Of a DNA stretch of 55,523 nucleotides, positions 46,193-55,523 are shown piece after piece. A program made the translations under genes and the position numbers. Source of the stretch: Alphaproteobacteria bacterium. GTDB taxonomy: Bacteria; Pseudomonadota; Alphaproteobacteria; Rickettsiales; UBA8987. Each line of letters begins with the position of its first letter. The first letter of the stretch is position 1. The stretch lies in assembly GCA_046302855.1 (NCBI GenBank), contig JBKCHH010000059.1, positions 1 through 55,523 of the forward strand. The letters run 5' to 3'. The notes below the pieces were generated by a model. The model was not told the origin of the DNA. It saw only the letters and a program-made list of their open reading frames with translations, and did not search any database.

Positions 46193-47871
46193 CAACTATT
46201 TAAAACAATCACGCTTGGCCTTGGCGGCACATCACTTTTAAAATCAGGAAAACGAGAAGATGGCTTTTGGTAAGTAGAGCCCTCCCCCGGATGTTGCACT
46301 GAAATAAATAGATTTTCGCCATTTGGGGTAAATTCAGGCCCACAAACTTCAGCCCCAGTAGGGGCGGAATATAACCTATAGGCAATTTTGCCATCTATTT
46401 TAAATAAACCATCTGGCTTGCCAACTGTTTTTTCCATACCATCGGTAGCTACAAACATTTCCCCCTTATTGTTGAAGGCAAAATTATCTGGGTTGGCAAG
46501 TTCATCTGACCCAATTAAAAAAATATTCCACTGGGCCATTTTATCAGAATGGTTGCCACTTGGGTAAGATATCTCAACAATATGCCCCAATTTATTAGGT
46601 AAGGCGGAAAGGGAGGCTGGGAGCTTCTTTTTCCGCTCTTTATTATTGGTTAGTGCCAGATAAGTTTTGCCAGTTATGGGGTTGGTTTCAACATCTTCTG
46701 GCCTATCAAGCTCGGTGGCACCAACTGCATCCCCTGCCCTTCTTGCTTCAATTAGCACATCAGCTTGTGAAAAAAAGCCATTTTTTTCATCCAAGCCATT
46801 TTGCCCATATTTTAATGGAAGCCACTCTAAAGAGCCATTATCAAAAAACTTTGCCACAAACAAAGTTCCCTTATCCAAAATATTTTTAGCTGGTTTTAGC
46901 GGATCATAAATGCCATCTGCCACAAATCTATACAGATATTCATTTTCTTCGTCATCGCCCATATACACCACCACCTTACTATCCTTAGATATGGCAATGG
47001 TTGCGGCCTCATGCTTAAATCTGCCAAGCGAGGTGCGTTTAATAGGCGTTGAATTTGGGTCAAGTGGATTGATTTCTATAATATAGCCATATTTATTGGC
47101 TTCATTGCCCTCTTTTTGCAGGTTGAACCTAGCTACATATTGGCTCCAAGCATATCTGGAAGAATTTTTGCCAATGCCGTAGTTGGTATAGTTTTTGAAC
47201 TCTAAAAGATTTTCATCATTACCTTCAAAAAAATCATCAAAATTTTCTTCCGCTATAAGAATTGTTCCCCACGGGGTTTTACCACCACTACAATTACCAA
47301 AAGTTCCAATCCCCTTTTTACCCGTTTTATCGTAAGAGGTTTTTAGCCTTGTAGAACCAGCTGCGTAGCCAGAAAAATCTATTTTTGTATCATAGGCATT
47401 AATACGGCGAGTATATTTCGAATCTTTTTTTACCTGCCATTTTTCGCCCTTTTTTTCTATTTCAAAAATAGAATGTCCAACTGATGCCATTTCAATCTCC
47501 ACCTGCTTTTCACTCACCTGTTCTTTTTTGGGGGAATTGGGGAACATTAGTTCCGCTATGGAATATTCATGGTTTACGCACAGCAAGCCATTGGTATTGC
47601 TATTGTTTAAAGGGATATAGGCGGTAAAATCGTTATTATAACCAAAGGCTTGCAGTTGTTGCTCTAATTTTTGAACCTTTGGATTAAATGGTTCGGCGGT
47701 GCTAAATAGAGGATCACCCCAAGAAATAAGAACTTGATAGTCATTTGGTGTTTTTTCCACCGCCTTAGCAATTCTAGGTAGCAAACCAATAGCGGAAGTG
47801 ATACTTAAGCCTTTCAAAAAACTTCTGCGAGAAAATCTTCTGTTTATTATTGCCTGCAAATTTTCTTTCAT
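46192..47871 (-). CDS. phoX: PhoX-family (DUF839) Tat-exported phosphatase
   Basis: Has the twin-arginine signal RRFSRRSFLKGLSI. 559 aa with a beta-propeller-like sequence typical of PhoX. Confidence 0.78.
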   Translation of the reverse strand: MKENLQAIINRRFSRRSFLKGLSITSAIGLLPRIAKAVEKTPNDYQVLISWGDPLFSTAEPFNPKVQKLEQQLQAFGYNNDFTAYIPLNNSNTNGLLCVNHEYSIAELMFPNSPKKEQVSEKQVEIEMASVGHSIFEIEKKGEKWQVKKDSKYTRRINAYDTKIDFSGYAAGSTRLKTSYDKTGKKGIGTFGNCSGGKTPWGTILIAEENFDDFFEGNDENLLEFKNYTNYGIGKNSSRYAWSQYVARFNLQKEGNEANKYGYIIEINPLDPNSTPIKRTSLGRFKHEAATIAISKDSKVVVYMGDDEENEYLYRFVADGIYDPLKPAKNILDKGTLFVAKFFDNGSLEWLPLKYGQNGLDEKNGFFSQADVLIEARRAGDAVGATELDRPEDVETNPITGKTYLALTNNKERKKKLPASLSALPNKLGHIVEISYPSGNHSDKMAQWNIFLIGSDELANPDNFAFNNKGEMFVATDGMEKTVGKPDGLFKIDGKIAYRLYSAPTGAEVCGPEFTPNGENLFISVQHPGEGSTYQKPSSRFPDFKSDVPPRPSVIVLNS

Positions 47872-47885
47872 ATATCTAATGTTTT

Positions 47886-48554
47886 ATGGCTGAAGTTCTA
47901 AATTTACAAAACATTACCAAAACCTTTGTTCAAGGCAAAGAAAAAATTAATATTCTAAATGGAATTAGTTTAAGCATCTCTAAAGGTGAAACCTTGGCAA
48001 TAGTGGGCGAAAGTGGCAGTGGTAAATCTACCCTACTGCATATTGCTGGCATGATGGATAGGCAAACTAGTGGCGAGGTTATTTTTTTAGGTAAAAATTC
48101 TAGTTCAATAAAAGAAAAAGAAGTGCTTTCTTTGCGAAAGAACAAGATAGGCTTTGTTTACCAGCAAAACTATTTGCTTTCAGACTTTTCTGCCCTTGAA
48201 AATATTTTAATGCCTATGAAAATTAAGGGTGAGGTAAAAGATAAAACTAGAGCTTTAGATTTATTAGAAAAAATTGGTCTTTCGCATAGGGCAAAAAATC
48301 GCCCAAGTGAATTATCTGGCGGGGAAAGGCAAAGGGTAGCAATAGCAAGGGCAATAGCTAATAAACCAGCCATAGTTTTTGCCGATGAGCCAACTGGCAA
48401 TTTAGATGCTAAAAATTCAGACAAGGTCTCTAATCTATTGTTTGATTTTGTGACGAGTGAAGGTTCTTCCCTTATGCTAATTACCCATAATATGGATTTG
48501 GCAAAAAGGTGTGATAGGGTGCTAAATCTAAAAAATGGGCTACTTTCTAAATAA
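47886..48554 (+). CDS. lolD: Lipoprotein-releasing system ATP-binding protein LolD
   Basis: Contains Walker A GESGSGKST, the signature LSGGERQRV, and Walker B VFADEPT. Confidence 0.85.
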   Translation: MAEVLNLQNITKTFVQGKEKINILNGISLSISKGETLAIVGESGSGKSTLLHIAGMMDRQTSGEVIFLGKNSSSIKEKEVLSLRKNKIGFVYQQNYLLSDFSALENILMPMKIKGEVKDKTRALDLLEKIGLSHRAKNRPSELSGGERQRVAIARAIANKPAIVFADEPTGNLDAKNSDKVSNLLFDFVTSEGSSLMLITHNMDLAKRCDRVLNLKNGLLSK

Positions 48555-48628
48555 AACTTTTTACAAAATCCCTTGCCCTTTTTTAAAAACAAAATATAAA
48601 ATACAGGCTTATTTTAGAGGTTCTTCTT

Positions 48629-50074
48629 ATGAATTTTGATATTGTAATTATTGGCTCTGGCCCCGGTGGTTATGTGGCAGCTATCCGTGCTTCTCAACTA
48701 GGCTACAAGGTGGCGATTGTTGAAAAAGAACATCTAGGTGGCATTTGCCTAAATTGGGGCTGTATTCCAACAAAGGCATTGCTTAAATCATCTGAACTAT
48801 TGCACGCAATTCAACACGCTAGTGAATTTGGCATAGAGGTAAGTGGCGTAAAGATTAATTTCCCTAAAGTTATTGAAAGGTCTAGAACGGTAGCTGGAAA
48901 ATTATCAAACGGTATTCGTTTGTTGATGAAAAAGAATAAGGTGGAGGTTTTTGAAGGTTTCGGGAAGTTAAATGGGAAGATTGGAGAAAACCATAAGGTT
49001 TTAGTGCGAAAAGATAAGAATCAAGATTCAGCAAAAATAGCGGAGCTAGAGGGGAAACATATAATAATTGCAACCGGTGCTAGGGCTAGAATTTTGCCAG
49101 GGTTCGAGCCAGATAAAGACTTTATTTGGACATATAAAGAAGCCTTGCAACCTTTAAATATGCCAAAATCTTTGCTAGTAGTAGGAAGTGGTGCCATTGG
49201 CACAGAATTTTCTAGTTTTTATCATAACCTTGGCGTTAAGGTAACTTTAGTAGAGGTGCAAAACCGCATTCTACCTGTAGAAGATAAGGAAATCTCCCAA
49301 ATTGCCCACAAGGCTTTCTCTGCACAAGGAATAGAGATAAAAACCTCAACCCAAGTGAAAAAAATCACCAAACATAAGGATTATATTGAGGCAGAGCTTG
49401 AAACTAGTGATGGTAAAAAAGAAATAATCAAGGCAGAAAAGGCAATAATGGCAGTGGGCGTAGTGGGCAATACTGAAAATATTGGCTTAGAAAACACTGG
49501 CGTAAAAATAGAAAAATCACAAATAATTATTAATGAATTTTGCCAAACAGATGAAAAGGGAATCTATGCTATTGGTGATGTTGCCGGCAGCCCATGGCTA
49601 GCACATAAGGCATCGCACGAAGGGATTATTTGCGTGGAAAAAATAGCCTTGCTGGATGGCAAATATAAGGGGCATGTGCTACCAATGAAAAAAGAAAATA
49701 TTCCGGGTTGCACCTATTCTTACCCACAAATTGCCAGTGTTGGGCTAACGGAGGAAAAGGCGAAAGAATTGGGCAAAGAAAAGGGCTTCGAAATAAAAGT
49801 AGGTAAATTCCCCTACCTTGCTAATGGCAAAGCATTGGCTATTGGGGAGCCAGAGGGCTTAATAAAAACCATCTTTAACGCTACTACGGGCGAACTACTT
49901 GGAGCCCATATGATAGGGGCGGAAGTGACGGAAATGATTCAGGGCTTTGTGATTGGCAAAACAATGGAGGCGGTAGAAGAAGACTTTATTCATACCATCT
50001 TTGCCCACCCAACCTTAAGCGAAATGATGCACGAATCTACCCTTTCTGCTTTTAACAGGGTTATTCACATATAA
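48629..50074 (+). CDS. lpdA: Dihydrolipoyl dehydrogenase (E3)
   Basis: Contains GSGPGGY, the redox disulfide CLNWGCIPTK, and FAHPTLSE. Confidence 0.95.
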   Translation: MNFDIVIIGSGPGGYVAAIRASQLGYKVAIVEKEHLGGICLNWGCIPTKALLKSSELLHAIQHASEFGIEVSGVKINFPKVIERSRTVAGKLSNGIRLLMKKNKVEVFEGFGKLNGKIGENHKVLVRKDKNQDSAKIAELEGKHIIIATGARARILPGFEPDKDFIWTYKEALQPLNMPKSLLVVGSGAIGTEFSSFYHNLGVKVTLVEVQNRILPVEDKEISQIAHKAFSAQGIEIKTSTQVKKITKHKDYIEAELETSDGKKEIIKAEKAIMAVGVVGNTENIGLENTGVKIEKSQIIINEFCQTDEKGIYAIGDVAGSPWLAHKASHEGIICVEKIALLDGKYKGHVLPMKKENIPGCTYSYPQIASVGLTEEKAKELGKEKGFEIKVGKFPYLANGKALAIGEPEGLIKTIFNATTGELLGAHMIGAEVTEMIQGFVIGKTMEAVEEDFIHTIFAHPTLSEMMHESTLSAFNRVIHI

Positions 50075-50126
50075 CTTGCTAAAATCTATAAAATCTTTAT
50101 TGAAGAAGAGCTTAAATACTTAGATT

Positions 50127-50456
50127 ATGGAAATATTAATTGTTCTACAAATTATCACTACCATTTTGTTGGTAATAATTATTCTATTACAAAAAAGTAA
50201 TTCAGAAGGGCTGGTTTCTTCCTCTGGCAATAGTGTTGATTCTTTTTTGGCGGGCAGGCAGGCGGGCAACTTTTTAACCAGAACCACTAGTTTACTGGCA
50301 ATTGTTTTTATAGCCAATTCTCTTATCCTTTCTTACCTAGCAACCAATAAAAGCGAAAATAAAGAGCTTATAAATCAAATAGTTAACGAGAAAACTATTG
50401 AGAAGCCACTTGAGAAAAAACCAGACGCTATTCCGTCGGTTCCAAAGGCTAAATAG
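50127..50456 (+). CDS. secG: Preprotein translocase subunit SecG
   Basis: 109 aa with ILLVIIILLQKSNSEGL and a second TM segment. Confidence 0.85.
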   Translation: MEILIVLQIITTILLVIIILLQKSNSEGLVSSSGNSVDSFLAGRQAGNFLTRTTSLLAIVFIANSLILSYLATNKSENKELINQIVNEKTIEKPLEKKPDAIPSVPKAK

Positions 50457-50564
50457 GGGAATAAACGCTTAACATAGTTTAGCAAAACCAAAAAACTCTG
50501 CCCTATGCTTTAACTGTTGGTTTCTGCTTTTTAACCAATTTTTAACACATTGCCCACGAAACCT

Positions 50565-50711
50565 GTCATTGCGAGGAGTCTCGCTGAAGCGTTAGCGAAA
50601 GCGGACGACGCGAAAATACACAAAAATGATTTTTCTTGAAAAAATACCTGAAACTTAAGGCTCTACCTTGTTTATGGATTGCTTCGTCGCTTCGCGTCCA
50701 TAACAATGACG
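50565..50711 (+). repeat. Family-A RPE-like palindromic element, copy A3 (diverged arms)
   Basis: Starts gtcattgcgag and ends caatgac. The core ttcttgaaaaaatacctgaaacttaaggctctaccttgtttatggattgcttcgtcgc matches A1/A2. Confidence 0.8.
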
Positions 50712-50743
50712 GTGGAAGATAGAAATGACGGTTTTCCTTAACC

Positions 50744-50944
50744 CTACCCGCCACCAATAAATTCTATAATTTCTAAAGAATCGCCATCCTTTAAAAGGGT
50801 TTTGGCGTAAAGGCTTTTGGGGATAATTTCTAAATTCATTTCAATAGCCACTTTTTTGGGGTTTATTTTAAGCTCAGCCAACATTGCCTCTATACTTATA
50901 TTAGAGCCAAAGGATTTTTCTTCGCCATTTATGATGATTTTCAT
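50744..50944 (-). CDS. thiS: ThiS-family sulfur-carrier protein
   Basis: 66 aa with MKIIINGEE...GDSLEIIEFIGGG and a C-terminal Gly-Gly. Its start overlaps the queC stop (ATGA). Confidence 0.8.
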   Translation of the reverse strand: MKIIINGEEKSFGSNISIEAMLAELKINPKKVAIEMNLEIIPKSLYAKTLLKDGDSLEIIEFIGGG

Positions 50945-51633
50945 ATACTGATACCTAACTGTTTAAAAGCCCCTTGCCTAATTTGGCAGGAATCGCAACT
51001 GCCACATTCTTTACCATTAATAGGGTCATAACAGCTAAGGGTTTTAGAGTAATCCACCCCTAGTTCAATACCAAGTTTAATAATTTCAATTTTACTTAAA
51101 TTAATAAGGGGAGCCAAGATTTTTATTTTCTTGCCCTCAACGCCAGTTTTAGTGGCAAGGTTTGCCATTTTCTCAAAGGATTTTACATATTCAAGCCTGC
51201 AATCTGGGTAGCCAGAATAATCAACCGCATTAACGCCAATATAAATACTATGGATGTTATTTACTTCCGCAAAGGCAAGGGCGTAGGAAAGAAAAATAGT
51301 ATTTCTTGCCGGAACATAAGTTATGGGAATGCCGGAAGCAGAGGTGTCTCTATTTTTTGGCACCAGAATTTCACTAGTTAAGGCAGAGCCTTTGATAGAT
51401 GAAAAATCTAGGGTGATTATTTTATGATTTTTAATATTGTAGTAAAGTGCAATATTAACCGCCCTTTCTACCTCTAATTTGTGTTTTTGCCCATAATCAA
51501 AAGTGAGCAAAAAGACCTCATAATTTTCATTCAAACAATGGGCAAGTAAGGTTGTGGAATCTAACCCGCCACTAAATAGTATCAAAACCCTTTCCTTTTG
51601 TTTGGGTGGTTTTTTGGTAGGGGTTTTATTCAT
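50941..51633 (-). CDS. queC: 7-cyano-7-deazaguanine synthase
   Basis: Contains the PP-loop LFSGGLDS and the C-terminal Zn motif CGSCDSC. Confidence 0.92.
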   Translation of the reverse strand: MNKTPTKKPPKQKERVLILFSGGLDSTTLLAHCLNENYEVFLLTFDYGQKHKLEVERAVNIALYYNIKNHKIITLDFSSIKGSALTSEILVPKNRDTSASGIPITYVPARNTIFLSYALAFAEVNNIHSIYIGVNAVDYSGYPDCRLEYVKSFEKMANLATKTGVEGKKIKILAPLINLSKIEIIKLGIELGVDYSKTLSCYDPINGKECGSCDSCQIRQGAFKQLGISI

Positions 51634-51641
51634 GCAAACTT

Positions 51642-52673
51642 TTAAGCAAAATTATAGTGCTGTAGCCATCTTTCATCATTTTCAAAGAATTTTCTTAAAT
51701 CATCAATTCCATATTTTAACATGGCGAGCCTTTCTATACCCACGCCAAAGGCAAAGCCAGAATATTCTTTAGAGTCAATCCCTACATTTTCTAACACGCT
51801 TGGGTGAACCATTCCGCAACCTAAAATTTCTAGAAAATTACTATTATTTTTGCCACCAATTACAATTTTTCCGTTCTGCTTACTGTAGCCAACATCTACC
51901 TCAGCTGATGGCTCTGTAAAGGGGAAGAAGGATGGACGAAAGCGAAGCTCAATATCTGCCACTTCAAAAAAATCTTTTATAAAACGGTTTAGCACATACC
52001 TTAAATTGGCAAATGAGATGTTTTTATCTACGCACAAACACTCCATTTGGTGAAACATTGGCGAATGGGTTGCATCTGAATCGGAACGAAAAGTCTTTCC
52101 ACTGGCAATAATGCGAAAGGGTGGCTTGCCAGCCTTAAGAGCGTGAATTTGCACCGGCGAAGTATGGGTTCTTAGCACATGGGTTTTGTTTGGATGCAAA
52201 TTTTCCACATAAAAGGTGTCATGCATTTGCCTAGCTGGATGATTTTCTGGAATATTAAGGGCGGTAAAGTTAATGGCATCGTCCTCAATCTCATAACCAT
52301 CTGCCATTTTAAAGCCCATATTGCCCATTATCCGCACTACTTCATTAATGGTTTCAGGAATTGGGTTTAGGGAACCTTCTAGTGAATTTCTTGTAGGCAA
52401 AGTAATATCCAAACTTTCTTTTTGTAGCTTGGCTTCAAGCTCTAGCCTTTCTAGCTGAGTTTTTGCCCCATCGAAAATAGCGTTTAAATCTTCCTTTATT
52501 TTATTTAGAACCTTTGCCCTTTCTTTTTTATCCTCTTCATTTAAGTGGCGAAGATTAGCAAATTCTGCCGTTAATGGCGAAGACTTACCAAAATATTCAG
52601 ATTTTAACAAATCTAGCTCTTTTACAGAAGTCAATCCCTTAACCCTGCCCTCTATATCTTTAAAATTAAACAT
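51642..52673 (-). CDS. pheS: Phenylalanine--tRNA ligase alpha subunit
   Basis: Contains class II motifs FRPSFFPFTEPS and GFAFGVGIERL. Confidence 0.95.
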   Translation of the reverse strand: MFNFKDIEGRVKGLTSVKELDLLKSEYFGKSSPLTAEFANLRHLNEEDKKERAKVLNKIKEDLNAIFDGAKTQLERLELEAKLQKESLDITLPTRNSLEGSLNPIPETINEVVRIMGNMGFKMADGYEIEDDAINFTALNIPENHPARQMHDTFYVENLHPNKTHVLRTHTSPVQIHALKAGKPPFRIIASGKTFRSDSDATHSPMFHQMECLCVDKNISFANLRYVLNRFIKDFFEVADIELRFRPSFFPFTEPSAEVDVGYSKQNGKIVIGGKNNSNFLEILGCGMVHPSVLENVGIDSKEYSGFAFGVGIERLAMLKYGIDDLRKFFENDERWLQHYNFA

Positions 52674-52675
52674 AA

Positions 52676-53983
52676 TTAAACAAACATTCTAAGCGGTTCT
52701 TCAATGTAGTTTTTTAAAGACTTTAAAAACTCTGCCCCCAAAGCCCCATCTACTGAACGATGATCAACCGATAAGGTAGCGGTTAGAAAGTTTTTAGCAA
52801 CCACATTACCCTTTTTATCAAAGGCTGGTCTTGTTTCCCCTGCTCCAACAGCCAATATGCAAGATTGCGGTGGATTAATTATGGCGCTAAAGGTTTTTAC
52901 CCCATACATTCCTAAGTTAGAAATGCTAAAGCCACCACCTTGATATTCCTCTGGTTTTAGCTCATTTTTTCTTGCCCTTGTTGCTAGCTCTTTCATCTCA
53001 TTAGAAATTTGAATTAGCGTTTTTTGGTCAGCATTTTTTATAATTGGCGTTATAAGCCCGCCATCTATGGCAACGGCCACGGAAATATCTATGTTATTGT
53101 AGTAAACAATGGCATCATCATACCAAGATGAATTGCACAAGGGGTTATCTTTCAAAGCAAGGGAGGCTGCCTTTATAACCAAGTCATTTACTGAAATTTT
53201 GTAAGCAGGCTTAGCATCTTTCGGCAGTTTCTCCTCTGCCTTCTTATTTATTTGCTCCCTTGCCTCTAGAAGTTTATCAATTTCTAACTCAACGCTTAAA
53301 TAAAAGTGCGGAACCATTTGTTTTGATTCGCTTAGCCTTTTGGCAACGGTTTTTCTCATATTAGAGTTTTTTACTGTATAAAACTCTTCGGTATTTCTTT
53401 TTAAAACTGTTGTGGAAGAACCTTGCGAGTGCTTTAAAGCCCTTGCAACATCATCTGAAACTACCCTGCCTTTTGGGCCAGAACCTTCAACTAAGTGCAA
53501 ATCAACACCAAATTCTTCTGCCACCCTTTTAGCAAGGGGTGAGGCTTTAACGCGTTCAGAGCTATAATCCACTGTTTTAGTGGCGGTTATATGATTTTGG
53601 GGGGCTTGCGGGGCTTTTGGTGCAACTGGGGCTTGTGGAGCTTGGATAGTTGGTGCAGATGCAGGAGCCTTTGCTACCTCTTGCGGTTTTTGCACAGTAG
53701 CTTCCTTTACCACATAAGAATCAAGCGTTTTTTTATCTTCGCCATCTTTTAAAAGCAGAGCTATAACACGGTTTACGGCAACATTATCTGTGCCATCCTT
53801 TACTAGAATTTTGCCCAAGGTTCCTTCATCAACTGCTTCCACCTCCATTGTTGCCTTATCAGTTTCAATTTCAGCAATTACTTGACCGGCCTTTACCTTT
53901 TCGCCCTCCTTCTTCAACCATTTAGCAAGGGTTCCATCCACCATAGTGGGGGAAAGGGCAGGCATTAAAATTTCTATTGGCAT
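52676..53983 (-). CDS. pdhC: Dihydrolipoamide acetyltransferase (pyruvate dehydrogenase E2)
   Basis: Starts [14 protein letters not shown], with lipoyl motif ETDKATME, an Ala/Pro linker, and catalytic DHRSVDG. Confidence 0.9.
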   Translation of the reverse strand: MPIEILMPALSPTMVDGTLAKWLKKEGEKVKAGQVIAEIETDKATMEVEAVDEGTLGKILVKDGTDNVAVNRVIALLLKDGEDKKTLDSYVVKEATVQKPQEVAKAPASAPTIQAPQAPVAPKAPQAPQNHITATKTVDYSSERVKASPLAKRVAEEFGVDLHLVEGSGPKGRVVSDDVARALKHSQGSSTTVLKRNTEEFYTVKNSNMRKTVAKRLSESKQMVPHFYLSVELEIDKLLEAREQINKKAEEKLPKDAKPAYKISVNDLVIKAASLALKDNPLCNSSWYDDAIVYYNNIDISVAVAIDGGLITPIIKNADQKTLIQISNEMKELATRARKNELKPEEYQGGGFSISNLGMYGVKTFSAIINPPQSCILAVGAGETRPAFDKKGNVVAKNFLTATLSVDHRSVDGALGAEFLKSLKNYIEEPLRMFV

Positions 53984-54182
53984 AGTTTCAAACAGTTCAA
54001 TATTTAAGTTAGGGAAAATATTAGAAATTACCAATTAATAAAGGATTATTTAGGGATTATGGAAGAGATTATTTGGAGTTATTTACCGCGACCTTGGGTT
54101 TTCGGGCATCTCCACCCCTTTAACTTCCTCAGAGGGAGTTAGAAATTTATTGGAAACACAGGCTATTCTTTAACAACACTCC

Positions 54183-55451
54183 CTATCCACCCAGCCTATA
54201 TTCCTTTAGCTTATCTTTTAGCTCGGCGATGGTGATGCCCAAAATTGAGGCAGCGTAGTTATTATCGCCCAAGCAAGAGTTAATGGTTTGCACAATGGCT
54301 TCCCGCTCAACATCTTTTAAAGATTTTACCTTATCGTTTAAAGCCCCTTCATCAAACAGCATTAGGTCTTTTTCTTCAATAAAATTGCTGTCAGATAGCA
54401 AAATGGCACGGTGCATAGTGTTTTCTAGCTCCCTAATGTTACCTGGCCAATTATACTGAATTAACTTTTTTCTAGCCTCATCTGATAATGGTTTTTGGGG
54501 AAAGTTATTCAGCCTAGAATATTTACTAATAAAGGTTTGGGCAAGGGATAACACATCTTCCTTCCTATCCCTAAGTGGGGGTAATTCTATATGCATTACA
54601 TTTAGGCGAAAGAGCAAATCTTGGCGGAAGGTGTTTTTCTTAACCTCTTCTTTTAATTGGCGATTACTGGTTGAAATAATACGAAGGTCTATTTTTATAG
54701 GCTTATTGCCACCAATTCGGTTGATTTCTTTTTCTTGAATGGCACGCAAAAGCTTGGCTTGCAGTTTAAAATCCATTTCGCTTATTTCATCTAATAGTAG
54801 AGTTCCGCCACTTGCCTCTTCAAACTTGCCAATTCTTAAATTATTAGCACCGGTGAAAGCTCCTTTCTCATGCCCAAAAAGCTCTGATTCAATTAGATTT
54901 TCTGGAATGGCGGCACAGTTTACAGAAACTAGCTCTTTATTTGCCCTTTTACTTTTTTGATGAATAAATTTGGAGATAACCTCTTTACCAGTACCACTTT
55001 CCCCCGTAATTAGAATATTAGCGGTGCTGGGTGCCACCTGTTCTGCCACCTTCATTATTTTTTGCATTAGGGGGCTTTGATAGATAATTTCTTCAGAAGT
55101 TTGGGGCTTGGCTATTGCCTCTAAAATAAGGGCAATTTTTTCAATTTTTGGGGGTAGAGGCAAAAACTCTTTGGCACCGGCCTTTATTGCTTTTGTTGCC
55201 TCTTCAATTGAGGTATTTTCACCGCAGGCAATAATGTCGGTGGAGATTTTTTCATTATCAAGCAGGGTTTTAAAACTGGCAATATCAAAGCTGGTTTCAA
55301 TAATTATTAAGCGGAAGGAGGAATCAAGACACAGAATTTCAATTGCCTTAGTAAAATCAGTAAAGTGTGAAACGCTTGCCCCCTTTTGCGTAGCAATGCG
55401 GATGGCTATGCTTAAATTACCAGAGGGCTTGCCTAAAACTAATATCTTCAT
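54183..55451 (-). CDS. flbD: Sigma-54-dependent transcriptional activator with a degenerate receiver domain (FlbD-like)
   Basis: Contains Walker A GESGTGKE, the GAFTGA loop (HEKGAFTGA), and a C-terminal HTH. The receiver lacks the acidic pocket: LVLGKPSGNLS replaces the DD pair, and no Asp sits at the phosphoacceptor position (IIIETS). Confidence 0.7.
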   Translation of the reverse strand: MKILVLGKPSGNLSIAIRIATQKGASVSHFTDFTKAIEILCLDSSFRLIIIETSFDIASFKTLLDNEKISTDIIACGENTSIEEATKAIKAGAKEFLPLPPKIEKIALILEAIAKPQTSEEIIYQSPLMQKIMKVAEQVAPSTANILITGESGTGKEVISKFIHQKSKRANKELVSVNCAAIPENLIESELFGHEKGAFTGANNLRIGKFEEASGGTLLLDEISEMDFKLQAKLLRAIQEKEINRIGGNKPIKIDLRIISTSNRQLKEEVKKNTFRQDLLFRLNVMHIELPPLRDRKEDVLSLAQTFISKYSRLNNFPQKPLSDEARKKLIQYNWPGNIRELENTMHRAILLSDSNFIEEKDLMLFDEGALNDKVKSLKDVEREAIVQTINSCLGDNNYAASILGITIAELKDKLKEYRLGG

Positions 55452-55523
55452 TATTTTTTTTAATATGATATTGCAAGTTTATATGAAAAAAAGAGTTTTA
55501 CAAGTTTTGCCAAGTTTAAATGT

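Noticed and set aside
1-55523. A search for CRISPR arrays, rRNA genes, IS elements, transposases, integrases, prophage genes and toxin-antitoxin pairs.
   Set aside because: I saw no regularly spaced direct repeats and no rRNA-like sequence. No ORF has recombinase, transposase or phage-structural motifs. The only repeats are the two palindromic families and in-frame coding repeats.

Overview
This is an AT-rich (about 35% GC by eye), gene-dense chromosomal segment. It most likely comes from an intracellular or host-associated alphaproteobacterium of Rickettsiales/Holosporales type. Supporting markers are an NDUFA12-like protein, PopZ-like, FlbD-like and CobS-like genes, scattered virB genes, and Rickettsia-RPE-like palindromic repeats. 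I can support about 60 CDS, 4 tRNAs (Glu, Asp, Phe, Tyr), two families of ~130-145-bp palindromic repeats (3 copies each), and a few promoter or operator candidates. I saw no rRNA, CRISPR array, IS element, transposase or integrase.

Most of the window is housekeeping: pnp, thrS, pheS, pyrG, clpP, mutL, miaB, prfB (with its classical +1 frameshift), lpdA/pdhC, fabG, panD, folK/folE, trpB, pgi, metZ and queC.

The accessory or unusual parts are:
- **GC-rich MmeI-like RM gene (window start).** It is cut by the window edge, has an AT-rich central target-recognition block, and abuts the 3' end of tRNA-Glu.
- **Second defence islet at the 3' end of tRNA-Asp.** A half-size Abi_2-like ORF is translationally coupled to a 1032-aa single-chain type IIG/ISP-like RM enzyme.
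- **Three tandem VirB2-like pilin paralogues.** All share a conserved Cys pair, and one carries a ~170-aa Cys-rich N-terminal extension. A solitary virB11 lies 11 kb away.
- **Two paralogous lipoproteins of unknown family.** They sit upstream of metZ.
- **A deoxyhypusine-synthase-like gene.** It lies near carboxynorspermidine dehydrogenase and decarboxylase genes.
- **Perfect palindromes over promoters**, found at iscR and at the porin-sbp operon.

Nothing here can be proven novel from sequence alone. My best candidates for an undescribed system are the Abi-fragment/type IIG module and the Cys-pair VirB2 pilin cluster.
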